DNA of 64,000 bases from Nemertoderma westbladi (Eukaryota > Animalia > Xenacoelomorpha), in contig JAUCBJ010006914.1 in NCBI GenBank assembly GCA_032718475.1, positions 1-64,000 on the forward strand, written 5' to 3'. This document shows, in pieces, positions 11,211 to 22,242 of this stretch. Position 1 is the stretch's first letter; every line of letters begins with the position of its first letter. The position numbers and the translations under genes were made by a program. Under the pieces are notes generated by a model. That model did not search any database. It saw nothing but the letters and a program-made list of their open reading frames with translations, and was not told the origin of the DNA.

Positions 11211-13733
11211 ATGGCAGGCAAACTTGTGCGAAAGAGAAAGGCGGAGCTAGGAGGAAAGGAGATACTGGTGGATTTCACCAAGAGGCATCCGGAAGAGAAG
11301 ACGAGGGGATACTACAAGCGGTTAGAGAGAGGTCACGCAGAGCGAGCGCTACATGACCATTTCAGGGAGGTGCACGAACAGCGGCTGGTCGGGACCTACG
11401 GGACGCCGTCGCTGGACAACGCGATCTTCGAGCATTTCCACTACGTGGTGAAAGGAGATGAGGCGAAGTTCGGGATTCTGAAGTACGCGAGAGAGCCACC
11501 GAGGAAAGATTGGAAGAGGTTCGTAGAGTCCGTCAGCAGGGGAGGATATATGACCCTAGACGACGAAGGAACCGTGGAAGACGAGGAGGGTTCGAAGAGA
11601 GGATCGGCGGGGTCGGCCAGAACCATACTCCTACATTTGGCCGCGCCAAATGGGGATATATTCCTATTCGATCTAGGAACGTATGGAAAGAAGGATGGGC
11701 CGAAGTTGAACCGGTTGCCGAAGGCGGTGCAAACCCTAGTGAGAGAGAAGTCGACGACGAAAGTGGGATCGGCGATTCGCGTCGATGCGGAGAGAATCAT
11801 CAGTCCGGACACCCCCAACCTGCTGGATATGCAGACGGTCTATATGGCTATGACAGCACCAGACGGGTTGGGACTAGTAGAGAACACAGGACATTGCGGG
11901 GTGGTGGCAATGGGCCAGTTAATGGGGCTCGTGTGTCACAAACCGATGGACTGGAGTAAGTTCAGAGGGGAGTACGGAGCGGACTTGGCGAACTCGCTGA
12001 AGTGGGGAGCGAGGCCAGGGAGACAAGAGGTGTATCAATTCTGGAGAGGAGCGATAAAGGTATATCAGAAGCGATATATCCTACAGGAGGACTGGATAAT
12101 GATGGGTTTGCTTAACCTATTCATGACCGTGGTTATCGAGAGGGAACCAACGGCATTCCTATTATCGGGATCACCCCTAAGCTACTGAAGAGCCTTTAAG
12201 ACGGCTTTCGAGGGTCTGGTAGACCACCTGGGGCTGAAGGGCGAGTTGGTGTACTACAACAGCCGACATCTGGTAGACGGGGAGGTAGATACGTCGTATC
12301 AGAGGTGGGAGCAGCTAGAGACGGATAGACGAGAGGCGATGCAATTGGAAGAAGTCGCTAGACATGAGAGGAGAGAAGCAGAGGAAAGGGAGGAGGAAGC
12401 TAGGGCACAGAGCTACGGCTTCGAGGAACAGGCGGGCTTAGACGAACGTCGTTGGACCTTATCAGGGAGTTCAGGGGAGTCTCTAGGGCGAGAACTAGGA
12501 TGGATGGTGGGATCACCGAAACAGTCGACGTCAGGATTGCAGACGACGCCCATACCAGCGGGTGCCGAGGGCGACCAGCCGCTAAGGAGGCTAGGGGAGC
12601 TAGAAGGATGGAAAGCTACGGGCGAGAGCCAAGGCGGGAAGGGACATAGTGGGTCCACCAGGATACCAGGGTTGGAGCCACTGCCAGAAGAGGACGAGGA
12701 CGACGACGAGTTCGGAGAGATGCCGCCCATCGGGAGGATCGGCCACTCGGACACGGATTGGGTTGGCGGGAGGGTGGTGACGGCCAGTGGGGCAAGGGCC
12801 TTCTGGGATAGACCCGGCAAACGGGCCTGGGTGCATGAGGAGCCGGCGATGGATTTCGCGGGGAGCACCATCAGGTTGGGCGAGCAACCGGGGACGGCAC
12901 CATGGGTGGTATTCGGGGAGACGATGCCCGGGAGGGGCAAGGAGATCGATGTAGACAGGGACGCTAACGTCCGGAAGTTCGCTTACCAGCGACTCCACAG
13001 ACCGTGGAGATCGCTTGGGACGAAAGACGACGTGGGGCGGGAGACATTGGTGCTCGGCTGTGACTACTGTGGGAGACAGACCCATCAGGAAAGGAGCTGT
13101 TTGTACCAGTTCCAGAAAGGGACTAGTTGTCTCTACTGCCGCGAGTCGAGCCACAGGATGGGGGCGTGTCCACGGTTGCACAACCAATGTTCGAAGTGTA
13201 ACTTTCGGGGACATTACGGACGCCAGTGCGACTGGATGGACGACGAAGAGAAGTTTAGGGTCTTCGAGGAGTGGGCCGACGTCGGGGCCATGACTCGGCA
13301 ACGCATGAAGGCCCAGGAGTTCCGGTGGGGCTTCTTTAACATCAATCAGGAGGCTCACATGGAGATTATCAAATGGAGGCTTCCGTTTACCTACCAGGAA
13401 GTGGCGACGGCGGTGTCATATGCCGGAGTGATAAATACGCAGAGGTATTTGGATAGGTGGACGCCACAGAACAGAGGAGAGTTCAGGGACTTCTTGGCGG
13501 AGCATGTGCCTCGGGCAATGAAAATGATCCTATGGGACGCCACCAGGGGGAGACAGCAGGGCCACTCGGAGGGGCCACCCGCGAAGCGATACCGGGAACT
13601 AATAACACTGGCACCCAAGGAGTTGACGACCGGGATCAGTAAGGAGGTGGCGGCGAGAGTCCGAAGCCAGAAGGCAGACAAGACCAAAGGAGCGGCAGTG
13701 ACCAGGAAACAACCAAGGGAGGAGGACGACTGA
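11211..13733 (+). pseudogene. Family A accessory ORF3: DEDDy 3'-5' exonuclease (RNase D/WRN/MUT-7-like) plus acidic linker plus three CCHC zinc knuckles; one in-frame stop
   Basis: ORFs 11187-12188 and 12246-13733 are in frame with one TGA at 12186-12188. First ATG is at 11211. ExoI MTLDDEG, LLHLA..DIFLFDL, LP..VQTLV...TKVGSAIRVD (ExoII), LLDMQ, W...YQKRYILQED (ExoIII-like). Knuckles: CDYCGRQTHQERSC, CLYCRESSHRMGAC, CSKCNFRGHYGRQC. Confidence 0.78.
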
Positions 13734-14414
13734 AGGAAAGACTTGAGGTGGTTCCCAAAGGCAGGTGGAACGAACTAAGACTTCGGTGTAACATACCTGG
13801 AAGGCACCACGTGAGACGTGCGAACTCCTAAGTACAAATTCAAGTAATTTAAATAATTGAAAAGTGCAATTAGTAGGTACGTACGTAGTAATCATTATTA
13901 GTTTAGCAAAATATAATCGAAGTAAGTACTATAGTCATTCAACCTTTTTCCAATTAGCTACTGGACTGGGGGACGACTGACTATGACGAACGGGACGCTG
14001 GACGACATCACACTTCTTGAGTGCGACGGCACAGGAGGGGGGTGAAACTCGTTGGGAATGAGTGGGAGAGATAGGGGTTGAGTTGTAGTGCGGAGAGGGT
14101 GCAATTCAAGTGTGGGGGGGGAGGGGAATAAGAGGCTGAGTGAGGGACAGGGAAGTCCGAAAGTTAGAGTGGAAGTGAGGAGAAGTAGAGGAGAGTCAGG
14201 GTGAGAACAGAGTAGAGTTAGTGGTGATAGTGTTGGGGAAACAAAAGTCGTGTGAGAGGAGCATATGATCGGCCAGACACGGGACGCCAGGTAAACAGGG
14301 TAGCGATATCACCCATAGGGGGCGGTCTGGAAAGCCGGCTCCGAGGAAAATAGTTCCACCCCACACTCGATACTAGGTCAAGATCCAGCGGAATTGTAGC
14401 GCACTAGAAGTGGA

Positions 14415-14450
14415 TGCTATCTTCTCACCGAGAAGATAGCATGGGGGGAG
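14415..14450 (+). promoter_or_regulatory. Hairpin plus polypurine tract of A1
   Basis: ATGCTATCTTCT-CACCG-AGAAGATAGCAT is a perfect 12-bp stem, followed by GGGGGGAG directly abutting the LTR TG at 14451. Confidence 0.75.
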
Positions 14451-15031
14451 TGTTAGCGTATTCAATTCCACTAGCCAGGCCCAAACAGAGTTGGTTTTAA
14501 GCAATATTGGGAGCACGAGGTTGGTTACCAATCAACCTCGTGTCACCCCAATAAGCGGGGTCAATAGGCCCCAAGGGAACACACACAGCAGGGGTCAGAG
14601 GTTATACCTCCGGGAGGGAGAGAGAGACAGCAGCGGGGGGGGGGGGGGGGAGCACACCGAGAGAGATGGGAGGGTGACAAGTGAGTTATTAGCCAATGGG
14701 GGGAAGGCATCGGCTGAGTAGTGTAATGCGGCCGACCGGTGCAATATATTACCAGTAACCGTGTTATTCATTCACTCATTAGCTAGTCAGTTCAGTTAGG
14801 GTAGGATGGCAACTTTTATTACCGTTCAGCCGTTTATTCATTCATGTTATCTGTATACTGCAATTACTAACTGCATTCGCTATAACTGTGCTTATACTTT
14901 ATACCACTTTATATTATATACATACCGAGCGATTAACAACAGGAACTCTAACAAACTCTTTTCACACGGCGGGACGCATAAATAAACCTAACCACCGGAT
15001 AAACCGGGATCCTCTATCTGATCCCATCACA
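14451..15031 (+). repeat. A1 3' LTR
   Basis: Starts TGTTAGCG after the PPT and ends ...GATCCCATCACA. Homologous to 50122-50638. Contains CCAAT (14693), a TATA-like ATATATTA (~14744) and AATAAA (~14981). Confidence 0.8.
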
Positions 15032-16829
15032 AGATAGTTCATTTATATTATTAAACAACTCATTGTATTTAACGGTAAATTTACCTCGATAACTCCGTTG
15101 TTGCCCTAGTAAGGTATCCAAGTCGACATTAGTATTTAATTGTGCAGAAACACGGCCACCACGAGCCTGTGAGCGTAACGAGGTAGAGCTCGAACTTTGT
15201 GACCCATAATGTGTTTTATTTGTATGCGACATTGTACAGTTGTATGATTGTAGGCCCCCTACCGTACTTCTGGCATCTAACACGACCCAGGTGTGTAGGT
15301 GTAGTGTATTATTATAAATACCGGTATTGAAATATTATTAACTACTGCCTACCACAGCGGTGGACAGCTTAGTCTACAATACAGCAATATGTTGATATAC
15401 GAAAAATAGGCCTAGGCCTGTAGGCTATAGTACGTACTGAGGTATATATATACAAATATAAGTATATGGGCCTACCAGGTAGGTACCGGACCGGTCCTAC
15501 TGAGTACAGAGAAATTAAAACAGTTAATTAAATGCACAAATGTAGGCTATGCTGCTACGGCTATAGGCCTCTACAACCTAATATTGCTAGATTTATGCAC
15601 TGCGGTTTTATCTGATTATCACTAACTGGCAGTCAGTCAGTTAGTCGTAGGCTAGGTTAGGCCCTCCTAGTCTGCCAGTCTGCAGTCTATGGTCTTGGGA
15701 AAAAAAACAGCAAAAAAATTGACTAGGCCTACCGCACTACAGGTACCGGGTATGGTATTTATTCTGCCTAGGCCTACCTGGATTGCTGTCCGTCAGTCAG
15801 TCAGTCTGTCAGTACAGCAGTAGGCAGGCATACGTGTCCAGGTGTCTGCATGCCAAGTAAATCTGTAAATACGTAAATTTCAGAATTTTTACATGTACGT
15901 ACAGACATATGACTAATAATTTGATATCGCTCCTTTACTGTCCTGGATGCCGGGCGGCTAATGCCACTATATAGGAAATTTGAGCTCGCTAAATGTAGTT
16001 TACGTATGGGAGTACGTAATCTGGTAATGGTATAATAAAGGGTTGACGACCCTTTCATGCATCCGAGTATACACAGTAAGGTTGACAGATAGCTGGATAG
16101 TTGAACAGTTGAATGGCAAGTGCTGAAGTGGGTTACAAAGGACTGCATAGATCAGTGGATAAGGTAAATGTGAAATGAAGTGCTACCAAATACAGCAAAT
16201 AAGGACGGGTACGGGTAAGGGATAAGGCAGATAGGTGGAGGATGGTGAAAGTAGGCTGGCGGGGTTCACACTCCTACCCAATGCATAGAAAATACATAAA
16301 AACTAAACAATGATATATTCTTTATCCTGTAATATATATATGTCTAAACAGCTACACCCGGAGAGCTACCGGTAACTGCATATCCTAGCACCTAGTCCTG
16401 CTGTCCTGAATACTGGAATAACTATACAACTAAATGTAAAGGAGCGATGCGAGCTCATGGGGAGACACGCATTTGATAAAGGTTACTGAAGTACGTCTGT
16501 ACTGGAGTAGCCTAATTTGCATATAATAATGGAAGGGGCATCAATGCGTCTGCATTGATGCGTAAATCACAGTATGCAGTATATCCGCTATTAATCAAAA
16601 GAGTACAGACTGCACAATGACAGGAAGACACCGTGACAATGAGAAATCCGCAATCAGCGATACTGGAGATAACTTCAGTACCAGTGACATATGATTTATG
16701 AATCATAAACTACTGTATCTATCCAAAAGGATGGTTGTACTATAAGCTGTAAAGGTCGGCTGAGTGACTATAAAATGTAAATTGAAATGCAATCAGGAGA
16801 TGGCCCACGTAATCCATGACATAGTCTGG

Positions 16830-17650
16830 GTACGCTAAATAACAATATTGAAAATAGTCCCGGTGAAATTGATCAAAATAATGCAAGTAATAACGTAACA
16901 AATCAACAAGGTGAGGCCAGTGGCGGTATAATTAATACAAATGTCGGGGAAGCAGGCAATTCGCCTAGAGAGGGCCTACAAGGCCACGTGGTTGTGCAGG
17001 GAGGAACGCGGGCGAATAAACCTAGGGAGAACAGAACTAACGTGTCGAGTGGAGGAGAACATGGGCATGGGGGCGAAGTGAGAAGTGACAGGTGGGGGGG
17101 CTACGGGCACCCCACCACAACCAATCAATGACGAGAGGGGGGGGGGGGGGGGCAGAAAACGCTCCACAGATGTCGACGGGAAATATGCTCGGTGATTCAA
17201 GTGAACCGGAGCTCCCGATGACGGAGAAAATGGGGGTGGGGCAACAGAAGCCCCACGAGCCCCGGAAGACAATGCGCACGGTGAGTTAAGTGAACCGTGG
17301 CACCCGACGACGGAGCATAATAGGAGGGCAGCGAATATCCGCGAGGCCGTACAACCGGGTAGAGGGAGGGACATTGGTGCCGTAAGCGGTCAAACGAGAA
17401 AACGAGAAACCGATCGAGGAAGAAGACAGAGGAGGGGATCGGAGGGAAACTTCCCGTCAGAACGTAGCTGCCGATCGAGGATATGGTAGTCGCGGGGAGG
17501 ACTTCTCGGAACATTCAAGAAGATTAAACTTCGATCCAAAAGGACACAGGCAGACTGCAGAACATACTTGGTTAATACCCCACTTACAGGTACCGGAAGA
17601 CAGCCCCAAGACTGGTGTGACCGTACGGGCGGGGGGGGGGGGGGGTAATA
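16830..17650 (+). mobile_element. Degenerate, rearranged family A gag fragments
   Basis: GGGGGGGCTACGGGCACCCCACCACAAC matches 52846-52873. TTAATACCCCACTTACAGG...TGGTGTGACCGTAC matches 52044-52098, but in swapped order. Confidence 0.6.
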
Positions 17651-19172
17651 ATATTTTATTTTATTCTTTATTGCAGGCATTGCCCATAGTAAAATTGCTA
17701 AATAGTATACAGTAAATAGCACAGAAGTATAAATATAGTGATACACAGATATACATATATATTATATACCAGTATTGAATAACTATTTATTTAAGAATAA
17801 AATTAATATAGATATGCACTATTATCGAAAGTTTCGCGGATTCTAGAACAACAGTAGGTGACGTTATAAACTGAATTAACGACAGTGTTTATTGAACAAT
17901 AAATCCTATTAAAGAGACTATTTACACTACGAAATCTAATATGTACGAAACACGGTAAATTATGTTCTCTAAAAAATTGTGACATGCTGTTAGAGACCTG
18001 TGCACTAGAAAGTCGGGGAATCTTAAATAGTATTCGAGCTGCGTTGTTGTAGGCAACTCTAACGCGGTTATATACAAAAGATGAGTAATTCCGTTTCGCC
18101 CACAGAGCATTGCAATACAGAGGTGTGAGGAACGCACGGAATAAACAACATTTGACCGATACAGAACAGGCACTAAATTTACGAATTAATAAATTAGCAC
18201 GTGCATAAATGCTCCTCATAGTTTTCTTGATATCATAATCATCATCGCGAGTGCGATGTATTATGTATCCCAGATATTTAAACATATCAGATTCAATTAT
18301 TCATTTACCATTTAGAAAGACTGGAGCCATACCAACAATTCCAGTACGCTTAGAAGCAAAATACATAAACTTTTGTCTTTTTTAGATTGAAGAGGATGCC
18401 ATGTTTCGAGGCAAAAACTTCGCAGATATCAAGCAAGCTTTGCAAACCAATAACGGAATTAGAAAGCAGATTTAGGTCATCAGCATACATCAAATGATTG
18501 ACCCTCTTGCCATCCAATGCAGAACCGAAACCGGCCTTGGATAGCAAGACGGACAAATCATCCATATAAACATTGAATAAATATGCAGAGAGCACTCCGC
18601 CCTGTTTTACACCATTAGACACTGTAAAAGGAGTAGAAAATGATGACCCCCATTTAACACGTATTGATTGACTAGAGTACCAATATGCTATCATACGCAC
18701 AATGTATAGTGGCACATTACGCTTTATCAGCTTCTGGTACAATGTACTGTGCACATTGCACAATTCGATCAAAAGCCTTAGAGGCATCCATAAAGCAAAC
18801 ATAAACTGATGAATCGTTGTACAACTAGTAGTCTATTATATCTAATAGAGTGTACCTACACAATTCAGTTCCACTACAACGTTTGTACGCGAATTGATTG
18901 TCGGTCGTTATCAAATATGATTCTATTCTAGAAAGAGCTACATATTCAAACACTTTACTAATCATTGTCGCTATAGCAATACCCCTATAATTTGACTTGT
19001 CGTCAATGGGACCATTCTTATCCTTAATGATTGGAATAATAAAACAGTCAAGGATGGCATTGGGCATGTAACCATGAGTAAGCATAGATGTGAATAATGA
19101 CGCCAATAGATTATTCAGGTTGTCACTTTTACTGTGAAATAAGTGTTGTGGGGCAATTCCATCTGGCCCCAT
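17650..19172 (-). mobile_element. APE-type LINE 3' portion (RT ORF2 remnant, CR1/L2- or RTE-X-like; clade not resolved)
   Basis: GPDGI...IIPIIKDK...NYRGIA, NGVKQGGVLSAYLFNVYMDDL, HLMYADD, FKYLG. Frameshifted. AATAAA and an (AATAA)n-like tail on the minus strand near 17650-17675. Confidence 0.85.
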
Positions 19173-20250
19173 TGTAAAAGCTTTTGCGGAATTAGCTAGT
19201 CATTTTCCCCGCAAAGTACTCGGTAGGTGTTTTAGCGGACATAAAAAGCCATTTCCTTACTGTACCGGTGTTTTAGTGGACATAAAAAGCCATTTCTTCT
19301 GTAGGTGTACTTTAGCGGACATAACTAGCGATTTTATGTCGCAATAAGCCAAAATACTCTTGATACAGTGCAGTTCAGATGACGACATCTATCAGCTGAT
19401 ATGTCCACGTCAGTGTGTATTTTTCCTAAGCCTAGAACACCGGCTGTGGAATTATTCTGTGTTTGAGACTTTAGCCAAACATTAGAACAGTTTTGATCAT
19501 AGAAACGTATAACTGTTATTCTGCCAAACTGGCATACAGCCCATATCATACCATACATACCTTTCACCGCATTATTTTACTGCTATTTACTGTCGGTTAT
19601 TAATTGTACCAGTTGATGGAATATTGTTATATTTGGAGAATATCGATAAATAATCGTAAAACCCCAATCTTCTTGATATACTGAAGGTGAGAGACCGGTT
19701 ACATATAGCAATTGCGACTTACATTATATTGGTTTTGGAGTGAATTTAATGCTATTTCATAGGCCCTACATGTGTCGGTTGCTGTTCTCTTTATATGTGA
19801 CTAAAATTAGTGAAGGTCGGCAGAGATCGGTGTGCAGCATTGTGCGGTAGTGTGCATGAGTTTGATAGATAACAAAGCATCTCCTAAAGAATGCACTTTA
19901 TACGTGAATCAATAGCCATCCTGTTGTGTTTAGTGTAAGTCATAACTCTGTTTACATACTTAGAGCGCCACGTCCAAAAGGAACTGTTGATATTTCCCGA
20001 AAGTGAATAATATTTGTCAGAGATTATATATTAACGATCAATCGAATAATTCAGTAGGCCTACACAGCAATAAGGTCAGAGCTTCCGAATCCAGTCTCCC
20101 GGGTAAATCCAGCGGGTGAATGGTCGTGCATAGGCTGGCTTTGGCTAATGTAGTGTATCAAATACTTGTCATAGGCTAAAGTCGAATTATAACCTAGAAG
20201 ACACCTAAATTTGGCAGGTTAAACTGCTAAAAGGTCTAAAAGCGCGAACA
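19173..20250 (+). repeat. B1 5' LTR (lacks an ~80-bp segment present in the 3' LTR)
   Basis: Near-identical to 30532-31689. U3 holds three sub-repeats of TTTAGYGGACATAA. Confidence 0.92.
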
Positions 20251-20262
20251 ATAACAGTTATA
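20251..20262 (+). promoter_or_regulatory. B1 non-tRNA primer-binding site ATAACAGTTATA, complementary to LTR site 19508-19519
   Basis: Its reverse complement TATAACTGTTAT occurs at 19508-19519. No TGG start. Confidence 0.75.
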
Positions 20263-21849
20263 TCTTCTGATTGCAGTGTAGGCAATAAATACAGTTTAAT
20301 ATTGTTCTGGTAAGAACAATAACAGTTGTAAAGTACCGGTCGACCGGTAACCAGTAGGCCTGACTGCCTAACCACCCGAACCGGTACTTACAGCAGTACA
20401 GGTACAGCAGTATTATTCGATTTTGATAATTATATACCAGTAGGTCTTAATATTTAATCGGGGACGCCTGGTTTTTATTGGGATTTTACTTAGGCCTATT
20501 TCTGTCAGTTTTATTTATTTGAAAGTTAATATTGAACAGAAGGCGTGTAAGCCTGCTCAGATTGTACAGATAATTTGTAGGCTGGATTGTTGTCTGGCTG
20601 TTGTTAAGTCTGAAGAGATTGCAGTGTGTGTAGAGTGTATGTCCGATAAAGTACTAGTTAGGAACGTAGGGGCTTCCAGAGCTGTAAGGTAAATCCCCCC
20701 CCCCCCCCCCCCCCCGAAAGAATAAGTTGTACTACTCGGTTAGAACGCATACTAACTAACCATTTCGGAGTCTGCATATACTGTAGTTTATTTAGGCTTG
20801 ATAGTAGTCTGCCAGCATTTGGTTTGTATTTTGTTTGTGTAGTCTGTACGGGTAGCGTAATATTTATTATTCAGAGTTTATGCGATTATTCGCAACATTC
20901 ACAAACCCCAAGTTTATTCCTACAGTAATTGTGCTTGTTATACATACCTAACGGTATGTATAACAAGCACAATTAAGCGCAGTTAAATTAACCCCGGTAC
21001 TACATCAGGGCTGTTTGGCGTAGGTAAAGACTAGAGATTTTATGCTTTGGTCACTCTGGCAGATACCGTGGTTCTTTTAGCTGTACAAGTATTTTTTAAC
21101 TGCTGGTTATTTGTTGTATAAGTACTTGTACCTAATTTAGGGTTTAGTGTACAGTGCTTTCCGAAGGTAATTAGCGTGTAAGCAGTATATTTGTGTTGTA
21201 AAGTGGTTAATAGGCACGTTGGCTCTGGTAGGCCGCGGTAATTAACTTCTAGGTAGGAACACTCCGTGATACATAACGTAGTACTTATAGTGCTATGGCT
21301 ATAAGTCATCAGACGGTGGTATTTTTCCTATCTGGACAACGCAATATATTTACTACTGCTTTATTATTTTCAAATACCGTATTATCCTGTCCGTTTGTAA
21401 TAACCAGATTTTCTAACCCTTTGTTAGGCTGGTTTGTAGACTTCTTGTAAAATTACCCTAAAAATTCGTACGTGTAATTTTTGTGTTTATTATTAGAGAT
21501 TGTAATCTCACCCCGCAATTGTACATAATTTGTAGTAATAAGTAACTTAGGCAAGTAGAATTATTTGTTTTAGTGTCCAACAAGTAGCACTCCACTGAAA
21601 GCCTACAGCTTCTGTGTAGTGACTCCTTCCCAGAAATAATAAAATTTATTTCAAATATTGTAAAAAAACCCATTAAACGGGTATATATATTATAAATCAA
21701 CTCAAACCGATTTATAAAATAGTAGGCCTGTCATACAACAATTAGGTCTTAATATCAGTTGGACTACTGCTTAAATAATGGTAATAAAGTAAAGTAAAGT
21801 AACCAAGTAACCCCTTAAATTCAGAAATTCAATTATTCTAAAATAATTG

Positions 21850-22105
21850 ACATACCGGTATTTACAATAGGCTTATTATATTTATTTCTATAAATTTAAG
21901 CTGAAATTATATACCGGTATTCTGTAATTAATTCTAGTCTATAATTATACTTATATATACATTATAAGTGTAAGCTGTATACCGGTATTCACGATAGGCT
22001 TATTATATATTTCTATATATTTGTGCTGAAATTATATACCGGTATTCTGTGACAAATCTAGTCTGTAATAATACTTATATATACTATAAGTGTATACCGG
22101 TATTC
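21850..22105. repeat. Degenerate tandem repeats built around the palindrome ATACCGGTAT in the family B 5' leader
   Basis: TACCGGTAT at ~21853, 21912, 21980, 22037 and 22095. Equivalent arrays at 46195-46447 (B2) and 59640-60010 (B3, with extra units). Confidence 0.75.
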
Positions 22106-22242
22106 TAATATATTGTGTATATATATCACGTTACACTGAGTAACGATATCGGTAATTAATTACTAGGCTAACAGTTGATACTGAATTACTAGACTTGCTT
22201 TAACAGTAATATAGCAGTAGGCATTCAACTGTACAAACAAAC

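Larger units (their letters stand above)
1975..15031 (+). mobile_element. BEL/Pao LTR retrotransposon, family A copy A1 (5'-truncated, internal RT-RNaseH deletion, carries accessory ORF and nested CRE insertion)
   Basis: Homology to copy A2 starts at ~1975 (TCGAGAATACAGTAGCCGCGG = 53408 region). Order is gag (DUF1759-like), knuckles, protease, partial RT, integrase, extra ORF, PPT, then an LTR with TG...CA ends. Confidence 0.88.

Noticed and set aside
15850-16830. Host exon or gene fragment
   Set aside because: No sustained ORF or recognisable motif. Left unassigned, probably decayed TE.
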